Below, in pieces: positions 26,609 to 64,000 of a stretch of DNA of 64,000 nt. Origin of the DNA: Chrysomallon squamiferum (Eukaryota > Animalia > Mollusca); NCBI GenBank assembly GCA_012295275.1, contig CM022669.1, positions 14,074,001 through 14,138,000 of the forward strand, written 5' to 3'. The notes below the pieces were generated by a model. The model was not told the origin of the DNA. It did no database searches and saw nothing but the letters and a program-made list of their open reading frames with translations. The stretch's first letter is position 1. The number at the start of each line of letters is the position of its first letter. A program made the position numbers and the translations under genes.

Positions 26609-26645
<37 letters not shown>

Positions 26646-26828
26646 TATATGTGTATGTATGTATACATATATTTGTACTTGTATGCATTAAATTCATTTT
26701 TTCTCAATAAGTTCATAAATGTTGGAATCCATTGACAACATCACCAGTGAAGACATATTTTTATTTTTTCCCAATTTTCCTGAATTACATGATCTTGTCA
26801 TTTATGAGCAATGGTGAATTGTTAGCTT

Positions 26829-26899
<71 letters not shown>

Positions 26900-27042
26900 A
26901 TGGGTGGGTGTGTGTTGATATCATTCTTTTTATCTTCAGTAACATTTTAATTTGATATTTATCTTTACAGCTAAACACAAAGAAAGCAATGTATCAAAAG
27001 GAACTGCAAAAACTGCAGGACAGGTACAATATAAACTTCTGA
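17851..27042 (+). CDS. SLC6/NSS sodium-dependent amino acid/neurotransmitter transporter (glycine/proline/ATB0+-like branch, divergent), ~648 aa. Exons 17851-18016, 18715-18846, 19125-19268, 19875-20049, 20473-20611, 21099-21233, 22384-22487, 22905-23029, 23343-23455, 24010-24138, 24456-24555, 25374-25501, 25882-26037, 26449-26577, 26971-27042
   Basis: SNF-family motifs: [95 protein letters not shown]...[33 protein letters not shown]. The exons sum to 1947 nt, in frame with canonical GT-AG sites. Confidence 0.95.
21430..21815. repeat. Intronic ~37-bp minisatellite
   Basis: Repeated 'gtcagagtttatgttgtttaatga.a.gtgttgttaat'. Confidence 0.85.
21990..22350. repeat. Intronic ~48-bp degenerate minisatellite just upstream of SLC6 exon 7
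   Basis: Repeated 'tttaaatatt.caggattaagtagatac.tattaaaa'. Confidence 0.8.
23225..23320. other. 96-bp near-perfect palindrome centred on an (AT)n tract
   Basis: aataaagatgataaacctgaacacaaagacgc-(at)n-gcatctttgtgtttaggtttatcatctttatt, with two mismatches between the arms. Confidence 0.9.
26045..26365. repeat. Intronic degenerate ~50-bp repeat / (GAT)n-rich tract
   Basis: Repeated 'gattttgttgagtaat..tg.tgttaatattagtt'. Confidence 0.75.
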
Positions 27043-27214
27043 CAGTCAGAAGTGTACCGCAATATAATCTGACTTGAAACAATTTATACATTTCACTGTT
27101 TGTGATACGAGATTTAGCACAAAGTGTTTTGATTGCACTGTCAGCTCACCATAGTTTTGACTGTATATATGAGTACAATGTATTTTGACTCCAGTTGTGA
27201 AGCAAAGTATCATT

Positions 27215-27560
27215 CCGACTTCCACGATTCATCAAAAGTGAGCACAAAGTTTGTTACTTTTACTATTTATGGTTCAAGTGAAAGGAAAATATATCATTTT
27301 GACTATCCATGTTACAAGGTTGAGTGAACTGTGTCATAATTGTGAGCAAAGTATATCATTTTTACTGTCCATATTACAAGTGTGAGCAAAGTATATCATT
27401 TTGACTGTCCATGATACAAGTGTGAGCAATGTTTATCATTCTAACTGTCCATGTTACAAATGTGAGCAAAGTATATCATTTTGATTGTCCATGTTACAAG
27501 TTATGACCAATGAATATCATTCTAACTGTGCATGTTACAAGTGTGAGTGAATCATTCTGA
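27215..27560. repeat. ~39-bp minisatellite in the probable SLC6 3'UTR (AATAAA at ~27590 and ~27685)
   Basis: Repeated 'tgtgagcaaagtatatcattttgactgtccatgttacaag'. Confidence 0.85.
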
Positions 27561-27921
27561 ATCCCCTGGATGACAAATCTGCATTTTCAGAATAAAGACC
27601 AAACATGTTTGCTCTGAAACAGGGTTAATGAAGATAAAACCAGTTTCACTTTTAACTCATTTGTTTTGAAAATTTTGTAATGTAAATAAAATAATAAAAA
27701 GATTTTCACTGATCTGTCTTATAATTTTTTATTTGAAAACAAGAAAGAAAAAAAAGTATTCATTAGTCATAATTCTCTCGTTTTAAATGTGAATACAATA
27801 CTAAAATTGTATAAGTACATTTTCTAATAGGATCTAACTGTATATATATATATATTTTTTGTATTATTAAAAAAGAGCAACCAAAAGAAATTAGCTTAAA
27901 TCACCACAGATTAACCTGAAA

Positions 27922-28095
27922 TAAGTCTTCATGAAAACTTGTGTTGTTCTAAGTCTTCATGAAAATTCTATTGTTCAGTTTTCATGAAAACTCTTGTTGT
28001 TCTAAGTCTTCATGAAAACTCTAGTGTTGTTCTAAGTCTTCATGAAAACTCTAGTGTTGTTCTAAGTCTTCATTGTTGTTCAGAGTTTTCATGAA
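27922..28095. repeat. ~30-bp intergenic minisatellite
   Basis: Repeated 'aagtcttcatgaaaactctagtgttgttct'. Confidence 0.85.
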
Positions 28096-28642
28096 TTTTG
28101 CCTCCTTTATAATAATACATCCCTTCAAAGCAGCTGTATACCTTTTTGGCATAAAAACCACATTTTGGGGGGAGATTGTTTTTGTTGTTTTGTGGGGGTT
28201 ACTGGGTTGTTTTTTTCAACTTTGTAGATTTTTCTTGGTGATGAATGGTGCAATAATAAATTTGTGTCTAAGATTTTGTTTTAAGAAATTCTACACAACC
28301 AGCCAGCATGAAGCTTCAATTAGGATTCATTACCATGTCTTCTTCTTTCTTCATCATTCCTTTGTAGTTAATTACATAGATTTTGTTTATGCAGGGCATA
28401 GCTATGTCTCCTTAGATGTCATGAGAAAAGAAATAAAAAAAAATGAATTGCATCCCAACCTAAAATAACACTGCCCTGAAAGGAACTTGAAGATTGCTAT
28501 GATGCAGTTTGTGACTGCTGGAAATTATCTTGATGCCCGCATATTTGCATTGTAATTAAGACAAAGTTTGTTTTATTTCTCTGAACATTATAATATTTTC
28601 AAAGTTTAAAGACATTATATTTTATTTTATTTTTTGTTGTTG

Positions 28643-28675
<33 letters not shown>

Positions 28676-29932
28676 CCATTTAATTTTTTTTTTTTTTTTT
28701 TTTTTTTTTAATGAAGAACTTATTAGATGAAAAGAAATTGTATATAAATAAAAAGTTACATGTTTGTATATAATTGTGCTTTATAAATTGTGGACTACTA
28801 AACACAGATAGGGCTCACAAAGTCTCAAACAGATCAAATATTTATTTTTAAGCAAAATTCTATTTAACATTGAAACTGGTAATAACATATCTAAAGAATA
28901 ACAGTAAATAATATTTTATAATCAATAATTAGTCATCAAAATGTTTCAGTGGTAAATGGAATCCATTCTGAAGGTTCAGGAAAAAAAAAAATTCATATAT
29001 ATATATATGATTCAAACTGTTTAAAACAGATTTTCAAATTAATAACTTCAGATAAATAAATGAATAAAAAAAAAAAAAAAAGATAAATTCAAAATGTTAA
29101 ACAGGTTGAAATGTATAATATTCAATATGGATATAGTTTCAATTAGCAAAACTCACAAATTATAGTGAGTCAATGACAGCAACAACATTAATTTTAATTA
29201 TTGTAAACTGTCAAATATCCTCCATAACGTTTTGCTGTTGTTTTTTAATTTTTATTTTTTATTTATTTATTTATTTATTTATTTATTGTTAAATAAAATA
29301 AAATTAAATAAAATTAATAAAAATAGAATGAAAGAACGAAAGAAATATATTTTCTTTCAGAATAATATAAAAAAAAAATGTTTACAATAACTTTAATAAT
29401 TATATAACTTTAACAGAAAAAATAGAAAAGAAAAAAAGAAACAGAAGAAAGGTACATTTCTCATTTTCCCGAACTTTGCGAAGTCATCTTGTCGTGTAAT
29501 TTTATGATCAGTAACGATAACTCTAATTTGAGGATGAACGTGTTTCGACACTGTGTTACTATTAGTATTACTATTAGAACTGATGTAAAACATTTCAAAA
29601 CGTGAATAGGTTTTCGAATTTCTAGACCTGTGGATACTGTCGTAAATATAATTTCCGTAAAAATTTAATTCAATCTTTGTTAAATGATTTGTTATTTAAA
29701 TGGTTATAATTATTTAATTTATTACTAAGGCGAGCGATTTCTATTTTACTTCAATAATTTCTAAATCTAGGACATTCAAATTTCAAGTCATGTCAAGTAG
29801 TTTCAGTTAAATTTTAAAACGGATAAAATTATTTTCGAAAGGAATTAGTAACATCATGTTCATCAGTTACTGAATTACAAAGTTAAAATATATGTCGTTA
29901 TTGTTATTTATTTTTAAATTTGTTTTCAAAGG

Positions 29933-32900
29933 ATGACGGCTGTATGCAGGTTATGTGCGCCAATGTTGTCGCTTCTTCAGAATTTAAGACGTGGAAAAAC
30001 TTTGTGCAGATGTTTAGTCAGTTTGAAGTACATTAATTTGCACAATGTGGACAACAAAGCCAGATTACTTTGTAGACGATATTATAGTGGTTCACAATCT
30101 TTGACAGACATTTTGAATTCATTCCAGTATTCTGTAACTGAAAGAAATTCATGTTTAAGTTTAAAAAAAGGAGAAGCATCTGACAGTCAGAATGTGACGT
30201 ACATTGAGAAAGAAAATGAATATTTTCACAGTTATTTATCAAACCTAATTCATTATAAGAGTTTCTTTCTATGTGGATCCAAAAGGGATCATTTAAAAGA
30301 GACTGTATATTCCTCAGATTCCACTGAGGAATTATTTAATTTAAACTTGAATGAATTTAATATCGGAGAAGATAAATTAATGCATGTACTTGAAGAATTG
30401 TCTCATCTTCCAACATCACAACATGTGAATCTTTTTCTTAACAAAAATTTCCATCATCTCTGTAAGTGTTTGTTAATGCATTTAGCAACAATGGATGATG
30501 AAACCTATTTTAAGAGCATGGCAGTGTTGAGTGGATTTGACTTCAGGTGCTGTATGACCTCAGAACTTAGATCTTTGCGAATTTTCATTGCCAAGTCCTT
30601 TGATCAGGAAAATGTGAGGAGGATGTCGGAATGGGACGCTAGACAGTTGCTGTTGGCCGCTGACTTCTATTTTCATCTCCGTTGCAGCTCCTTGTCATGG
30701 ATCAGCTACCTTCAGTTGATGTTTTCACGATTATTTGTCAGTAAAATATTTAACGATCTTAAGAAGTTGGAGCTGGTGATGCTGATGTTTCATGTGAGTC
30801 TGGCCAGAGAGATCGGAGAAAGACAACTGAGTGACGCACTGTTTAAAATCTGCCAGGACATTGAGTCATACTCCATTGAAGAGTTGGGAATTGTCTCTCT
30901 AGCTTATTTCAAGACCAACAAGCCAGTGAGGAACCAGTTATTTCAGAAAGAGCTTGTTTCCAAACTTAACTGTTGTGTCGATCGAATAGAACCAATCTGT
31001 CTGTCTGCCGTTCTAAAATGCCTTCAGAAGTCGACCAATAAAATCCGCATGCGTTACCAGCCAGATACGCTGAATCTTCTGATCAGTCTCCAACCCCGAC
31101 TCTCGCAGAGAATGTCCTCCCTGACACCCCAGACAGCACTTCATGTCATATCCGTCTTCCACAGTTTCAAATACATTTCAGAAGAGCTTGTTTCGTCCTT
31201 CAGCGTCAATCTGGTTGAAGAAAATCTCGATGAATGGAGACTGAAAGACCTCGCTCTTGCTGTCCGATTTCTGGCAGATCTGTCGGAATGTTTTCCTCAT
31301 AGGGCAGAGATTCTCGAAAAGCTTAACAAAGAGCTGATGTCACCTCAGAGAAACGCAGAGATTGCATCACATCTCGATTACTTGGCAAGGTTTCTGCTTG
31401 GAATGGCCATGTCAGGGGTGTACTCGCAGCCACTTTTGCAAAGACTTTTTGAACCAGAAAGCTTGGATTTCTTTGCAGGTTTATTTCTTCTCTGTTTTAT
31501 TATTGTTATTATTATTATTTTTTAATTATTATTATTTTTTTATTTTTTTCATTTTTCTTATTATTATTAATATTTGTTTAAATCTATAATATTAATTGTT
31601 GTGTGGAGTTTTTTTGTAGATTTTATTATGTTTGAAAATGAAGTGGTTATATATATTTTATATATATATAATTTTAAAACTACTAAAAAAAAATAAAAAA
31701 AATTAATGAGTAAACAAAATTTTCGATTTTGTTTACCAAGTAAAGAATTTAATTTAATTATTCTCTGTTGGTGAATAAAAGTTTAACAGAGTTTTTGCTT
31801 TTTACTGTTGATGTGTGTTAGAGAAAACCTGTTCCAGCTACTTGGTACAATTCATCAATTAGCAACATAGTGTCTTTCATATGTACCTTCCCATGGTTTT
31901 GGTGAAATTATACCAAGTGAACACAATTTTGTGAATTAACATGATAGAAAAGAGGAAATCTTCCCATAGTTGGGGGAAATTGATAAACCAGTCAAACTGA
32001 ACATTGAAATTCAGTCTAATCATGCTGTTCAAAAGCTTTGGTTTTATTATTGTTATTATTATTGTTATTATTATTATTATTATTAGTAGTAGTAGTAGTA
32101 GTAGTAGTAGTATTCTTGATATCATTATTATTATTGTTATTATTATTATTATTATTATTGTTTTCAGATCACAAGATTAACATTTACAGAGATTTGTATC
32201 AGCTATCAGAAAGTGTAAAGATTGAGTGTCCCAGTTATTCAGGCCCATTGCTGCCCGATAACATTGCCAAAGCTCAGAAAAAGGTATGCATTTTTTTCAC
32301 TTTATTTTTAATATTAAGTTTTGTAACCGTACAGAACTGTACTTGTATAAATTAATAGTGTAAAATGTTATTATGTTGTTGTTGTTTTGTTTGTTTTTTC
32401 TTGAGTTCAGCTCTATTTGACCACAAAAAAGCATATGATGAACTGTCATTATGATTAGAAATATATAAGATACCTGTGTTCAGCTAGTTAATCATTACAA
32501 AGATGGACATTCTGTTAAATAAATGCATAGTAAATTAAAATCAGGTAAATACAGTAATATGTATATTTAAATAATGTAAATTTTTTGTTTGTTATCAGTG
32601 GATATTTCTTTTAAAAAAATCTGTATTGCTGTTTAAACAGCGTACAGTTTGTTTGTTAATGGATGTGGATATTTCTAGAAAAGCTACATAGCTGGTAGAC
32701 CACCACAGAGGCAAGCTGACGGAGACATTTTCAGTATTTCAAAGCGTGACGAACTGATGCAGCAGTGTGTCCACTCACTGGACTGCGTGCTTGGTGGACA
32801 ACAGCACATCCACGTAGATTTCCTACTACCACATTACCAGACTGCAGGCAAGTAACGTGGTTTTCAAAAACGAAATGTAGCAATAGTTAACATAATGGTA

Positions 32901-34634
32901 ATCATTATTTTAAGCCATTATTTCTTTTCCTTTTTTTTTTTTTTTTTTTTTTTTCTGCAGATATAGAACTGAATGTTATTCCCTCTCACCAGGGCAGTAG
33001 CGAAGAAGAATTGCATCCATTTCATTCTGACATTCTTAGCTCTCATCAGAGGTAATTTTAGTTTCTTTAAATTATCTAACTTTATTCTTTATGAATATCT
33101 CACCAAACCAGACTATACATGAAGTAAAATATCTATCTCATCAAAGGCAAAACCACAAAAAGCTTTAAAATTTAGAATAATTTTTTATTTATTTATAATA
33201 AATTCTTTTCTCAGCTGTCTTAATGTGTACTGAAAAACTGAGAATGTTTAATAAAAGACTCAAATGATAGATTTTGATGATACAGTATTTTTGAGTAAAT
33301 TCATTTTGATTAAACACAAGTTTCTATCCCAAAATTGTAGATTTTCATCATAAAATAATTTTTTCAGTTCATTTTATTTTCACTTTTTTTTTTCACCTTT
33401 GAGTCTTTGTACTGATATACTTTTAAAGTTTACGTCTATAATTTAGGCAGATTGTGAATTAGCAAAAACAGACGTCAACTTCTATTTTTAAATGTTTTAA
33501 AATCTATGATCATGTGCGGGTATCTGAAGATTGTTTCCTCTCTAAAAAAATTATGCACCTTTTCACACACACACACAGTGTAATGCTGGAAAAAAACATG
33601 ATTCTTGTTTGTTTTACTTCAAACTGCATTAAACACTTTGGTTATAATATTTAAGAATACAACACAAAATAACTGAGACTGTCCTTCATTTGTTTACAGG
33701 ATAGCGATATTGCTGTATGGTGAAAATGCCTATTACAGCCTCATAGGATTAGATGGCTCAGTTCGCAATGTGTTGCTAGGAAACCACGTCATGAAAAGAA
33801 GACAGCTGAAGCAGATTGGCTTCAGAATTATAGAGGTACGTTATTTAACTTACGCTCACCAAACACAGAAATGTAATTCAGAATTACAGATATAAGTTAT
33901 TTCACTTACATTAACCAGTAAAAAATTGTGATTCAGAATTATGGGTAAATTGTTTTATTTTTAATTAACCAAACACATAAATATAATTCTTAATTACAGA
34001 GGTAAATTATTTCACAAACACAGAGATATGATCTGATTTATTTTTTATTTATGTTAACCCAATTCAAAAATATGATTCACTTAAAAAAGTAGGGAAGTTT
34101 TAACTTCACACATATCTATTTTAATTTATAACTATGTGGAACAGAAGAGAGAGGAAACTAACATAACAGATTTTTATTTGTTATTTGTTTTAATTAACAG
34201 CAAGGGGTATGACTAGTTTAATATGCATCTTCCCAAAATGAAAAGCACATAGTACTGTCTTTAATATTGCTGTCTAGAGCCATTGGCTGTCTAAGTGTAT
34301 TGACCTGGCAGCCTGTCAAACCTCAAGCCAGTGTCAAAATCACCAAGTCAAAACCTAATCAAGATTATAATAGTAAACAACAGAATTTAATTAAATAAAG
34401 TAGTTATTTAAAATTATTTTTTTATTATTAAATGTTTAGCTGGTATAAATTTTTTGTGAATTATTGATGGTGTTTTTGTTCACAGGTGATATATTCTGTT
34501 TTTATTAACAGGTTCCGTTCTACGAGTTCAAACATCTGGATAGGAACAAAACGAATGAGTATATTCTGAACAAATTAAAAGATGCAGGTCTGTTATCAAA
34601 GAGTTACCTGGACAAATTGGTTTTACCTGTTTAG
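29933..34634 (+). CDS. FASTKD5: FAST kinase domain / RAP domain mitochondrial RNA-processing protein, FASTKD5-like, ~726 aa. Exons 29933-31478, 32168-32283, 32679-32847, 32961-33051, 33700-33835, 34512-34634
   Basis: The N-terminus is Arg/Leu-rich and acid-poor, like a presequence. Leu-rich helical repeats follow (YSIEELGIVSLAYFK, WRLKDLA). Other motifs are LYQLSESVKIECPSYSGP and LGGQQHIHVDFLLPHYQTADIEL, plus the RAP domain RIAILLYGENAY...LLGNHVMKRRQLKQIGFRIIEVPFYEF. The exons sum to 2181 nt in frame. The paralog assignment rests on recalled motif similarity. Confidence 0.85.
33821..34030 (+). repeat. ~55-bp tandem repeat seeded from the FASTKD exon-5 end and donor
   Basis: 'ttcagaattatagag|gtacgttattt' recurs as 'ttcagaattacagatataagttattt', 'ttcagaattatgggtaaattgttt' and 'ttcttaattacagaggtaaattattt'. 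Confidence 0.8.
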
Positions 34635-34974
34635 GTGAGACTGATTACCTGTTAAAGTGAACAAATCTAGTGTTTAATACCCATTAGATTTTGTACTTGT
34701 TTAATAAAGTGCACATATATTTTTCATTAATGCAATTACTTTATATTTATTGTCAACATTATGTATGTATTTTTACTATATATTTTTTTTTTTTTTTGTT
34801 ACCTATTCTTTTCTTTCTTCTTTTTTTTTTAATTGTTATCAGTAGTTTCTATTCAGTAGGAATTTAAAACAAATAAATGGATGCCAAAAATATGGCATAT
34901 CATTTTTAACAGCAAATTAATTTTTTTTTTTTAGGATTTATTTTTTCATTTATTTTATTTTCCCCCCATATTTT

Positions 34975-35005
<31 letters not shown>

Positions 35006-36006
35006 TTGGTCCATTCCATTTCTTAACTGCAGGAGCTATGTATTAAAAAAACACAGGACAGAAATGTGGAAAAATAATGTATATATTTACACTCACGAAT
35101 GTGCAATATAACAAATCTTCAAAAATATGCAATTGCAGTGATGGATTTTAATTCATGTATGACATACCTCAAACACTGAAAACTACATTTGTACGAGGAG
35201 CTTTCTGTATATTTGTGTTACCCTACCTCAGAGGAAATTAATTGTACATTTTAGAAATTGGTAAAGATCTAGGATAAATATCTTCTTTTTTCATTTCCTT
35301 TTCTTTTTAAATTTGTTTGGTCATCTTAAAAAAAAAATACATGACTCAAGTTGACTTAAGTAATATTTTATTTCCCCTGATGTCACCACAGAAAAATTAA
35401 ACAATGACCATTAGGTGCAAATGGCACTAACTCAGAGATGACAAATCAACATTTAAGTAATGCTTGTGTGACCAAAGACTGTCAAATCACTAAGAGAATC
35501 GAGATGTTGTTTCTGCTTGATTTCTGTTATATTCAGTTCACTGATATCTTCAAGAATAAAATATTATTATTATTTTACTGTTTTCTAGAATACTATTATT
35601 AATATTATGTGTATATTGATAAATTATTTATTTTAGTTTTCTGCTTAATTCTGTCCAGGATTTTGTTAGTCATTGTTCTTATTATTACTTTAAACTGGAA
35701 TCTGATCATTTCATTTGTAGTTATTTATTTTATAACCTGTACAAAATTTTATAAAAATTAAAAATTAAAAATTAAAAAAATAAATAAATAAAAATAAGAG
35801 ATATATATATAAATGTGATAGCTTATTTCAAATTTTTTTTATATTAATAAAAAAACGAGTTCCAATTCTTGTAATTTTGTTGTTTATTCTTTTAATAGTT
35901 TAAATGTATTATTTCAGTTTTTATATATATATTTTTTCCACTTGCTTTTTATATTATTTTACTTTTTTCTTCTTTTTTTTTTTATTTATTTATTTATTTA
36001 TTTGTT

Positions 36007-37092
36007 TGCTTGCCCAAGATAGGATGAAACAGTTATGAAAATAATTAAATGTTATTCAGAGTCTCAGTGGCTTAATGGTATCAGGATACAAACATTGGAA
36101 GAATTTTGTGTATTTACTATTAAAAATAATTATAATATCAGTAGAAAAAAACAAGAATTTTTTCTTACATATCGTTTTTATTTCAGTATAAATGTTTGAT
36201 TTGACACTATAAGCCTTAAACAATATCTTCCTCGGTAACTGTTAAGAACCAACAAAAACACATCAATGAAATGGCTGTGATTTAGATAAAAAAAAAAATA
36301 CCTAGAGATAAACACGTGAAATAATCATGATTTCAGACAAATAATACTGATTTTTATATTCTGCATGGATTGTTTATTAAGATTAGAAAAAAACATCTGA
36401 CCATCAACAAAAAGTAGTTTGCAGTTAGTTGTTTGAAGCAGTGATCTATCATTGGATACATTTGATGGCCTAGTTATTTTAATCCTAACATGACTCGACT
36501 AAGTGTGGATCAGCAAAAACACTAAACCAGCACCACACACATCTCACATTCAATCTAGACTTGTGATTGTTAACTTGTATAATATAGTCATAGCATAAAA
36601 ATGTATGTATATAAAATAAAACAAAGAATGAATGAATGTATAAGCATTTAATAAATACAACAACACTTGTTCAGTTATTTTGAAATATATACAAGTATCT
36701 TTAGGCTACTTGTGTGTATTTGGCCAAGTTAAGACAAATGTTATAATGTGCAGATGACCTCTTAAATAATTAAACATAAAAGTTTACAGGTCATAATTCT
36801 TGTTGTCTGCTTTAAGTTTTGTCTACTACTGTACAAACAGCCAACCTAAATATGACTGTTTTATGTCTGATCGATAGTAATAAAGTATCTATCAACAAAC
36901 TGCTTGCCCAAGATAGGATTAAATGGTTATGATATGAATTAAATCCTATTCAGAACCCTCTGTGGTTTGATGGTAACAGGATGCAGACACTGCAAGTTTT
37001 TTGTGTATTTAATATTAAAAATAATTATAATTATACATATCATCACTGTTTTTATTTCAGTATAAATGTTTGAATTGACACTATAAGCCTTA
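36007..37092. repeat. ~200-bp diverged direct duplication (36007-36220 and 36901-37092) between the convergent FASTKD and GON4L 3' ends
   Basis: Both copies start 'tgcttgcccaagataggat' and end 'tttttatttcagtataaatgtttga.ttgacactataagcctta'. Confidence 0.85.
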
Positions 37093-38038
37093 TGCAGTAT
37101 CTGTATATATATTGTAAAAAATCAGAGAATAAGTGAAAATCACATATTTAAATTTTAATCATATTTTTGGGGGTACGTAAAATTAATGATTTGGAACAAA
37201 CTGAATCTGAAAATGATGATTATTACCTTAAATATACATCCATTTTCTACATGAATTTAAACTTGTACAGTAATCAGGGTGGCTATACACTGTAAAATAC
37301 TGTCAGTTCTTTTAAATTTCCCATGTAATAACAACCAATAGTAACAGTTTTTATTTTGGTCTTTATCTGTCTTATGTAATTATCCTGAACACAGTGTCCA
37401 AGGACCCAACTTGATCCATATTTTACAGTCGGCCAGTATTCATGGCGTTCAACATTAACAGCATGGTGAAATGTAATTTGTTATCTCTCCCTCTGGTTTA
37501 GACAGTAAACTAATGTAGTTTTGAAGAAATAATAACAAGTCATTTTAAACTCCATTTCTGTTGACTTTGGCCTGTTGGTATATATATCAACCCATTTTGG
37601 TTGATTTTGTTAATTTTCAGCACCGATATTGTTTATGTACGTTTATTTATTTCCCTCTTTTCACATTTACAATATAACAGAACTCGCATAAACAAGACAA
37701 TCGTTTGAATTGTTTTTTGTTTTTTTTCACATTAGAGGAAAATGCACGTCATGAACCAGTAACAATTAAGAAATCTGATCTGAGATTCCTTTTAACATAC
37801 AACAATGGTTATTTCCAAAGTTACAAGATTCTATATCAACTGTATTGTTTATTGTTTACTGAATTATTATTAATCAGTATTCTCGTAACATATATGTGAT
37901 TAATCTGAATATTTGTCCATTTTTTATTCATTTTTTTTTTCTTAAATGTGTACATGTAAAGCAGGTATTTAAGAAGTAATCACTGTAAGTCTGTAACTTA
38001 TGTCTGTTGAATATTAATTAACAGATGTTGAATATTCA

Positions 38039-64000
<25,962 letters not shown>

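Noticed and set aside
27215-28095. Regular 30-39-bp repeats superficially like CRISPR arrays
   Set aside because: Head-to-tail minisatellites with no unique spacers, no cas genes and a eukaryotic context.
28073-28468. 131-aa hydrophobic ORF between SLC6 and FASTKD
   Set aside because: Non-ATG start in T-rich intergenic sequence, with no motifs or splice support.

Overview
AT-rich, microsatellite-laden eukaryotic DNA with GT-AG spliced genes. It is probably from a lophotrochozoan invertebrate such as a mollusc, which is an inference. I assembled all gene models by hand from splice sites and reading phase. From left to right: (1) two tandem paralogs of an unrecognised coiled-coil gene built from symmetric phase-1 exons, including an expandable 171-bp (57-aa) exon module. 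Copy A (partial, ends 3748) ends in a C-terminal transmembrane anchor. Copy B (9135-15955) stops before that anchor. Tigger/pogo, MULE and hAT-type transposon relics and an inverted dead copy of the last FASTKD exon lie between and within the two copies. (2) A 15-exon, ~648-aa SLC6/NSS transporter (17851-27042, +) with unusual substitutions at gate and chloride-site positions. (3) A 6-coding-exon FASTKD5-like RAP-domain gene (29933-34634, +) with a GC-AG intron. (4) A large GON4L-like gene on the minus strand (27 coding exons seen, 38039 to beyond 64000) with PAH domains, a C-terminal Myb-like domain and three repeat expansions. Its 2099-bp exon carries two mutually compensating frameshifts. 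(5) An intronless class A GPCR (45785-46999, +) nested antisense in the GON4L intron that splits the first PAH domain. A recurring oddity is that four introns begin with tandem repeats seeded from the upstream exon end plus its splice donor. I recognised no rRNA, tRNA or CRISPR.
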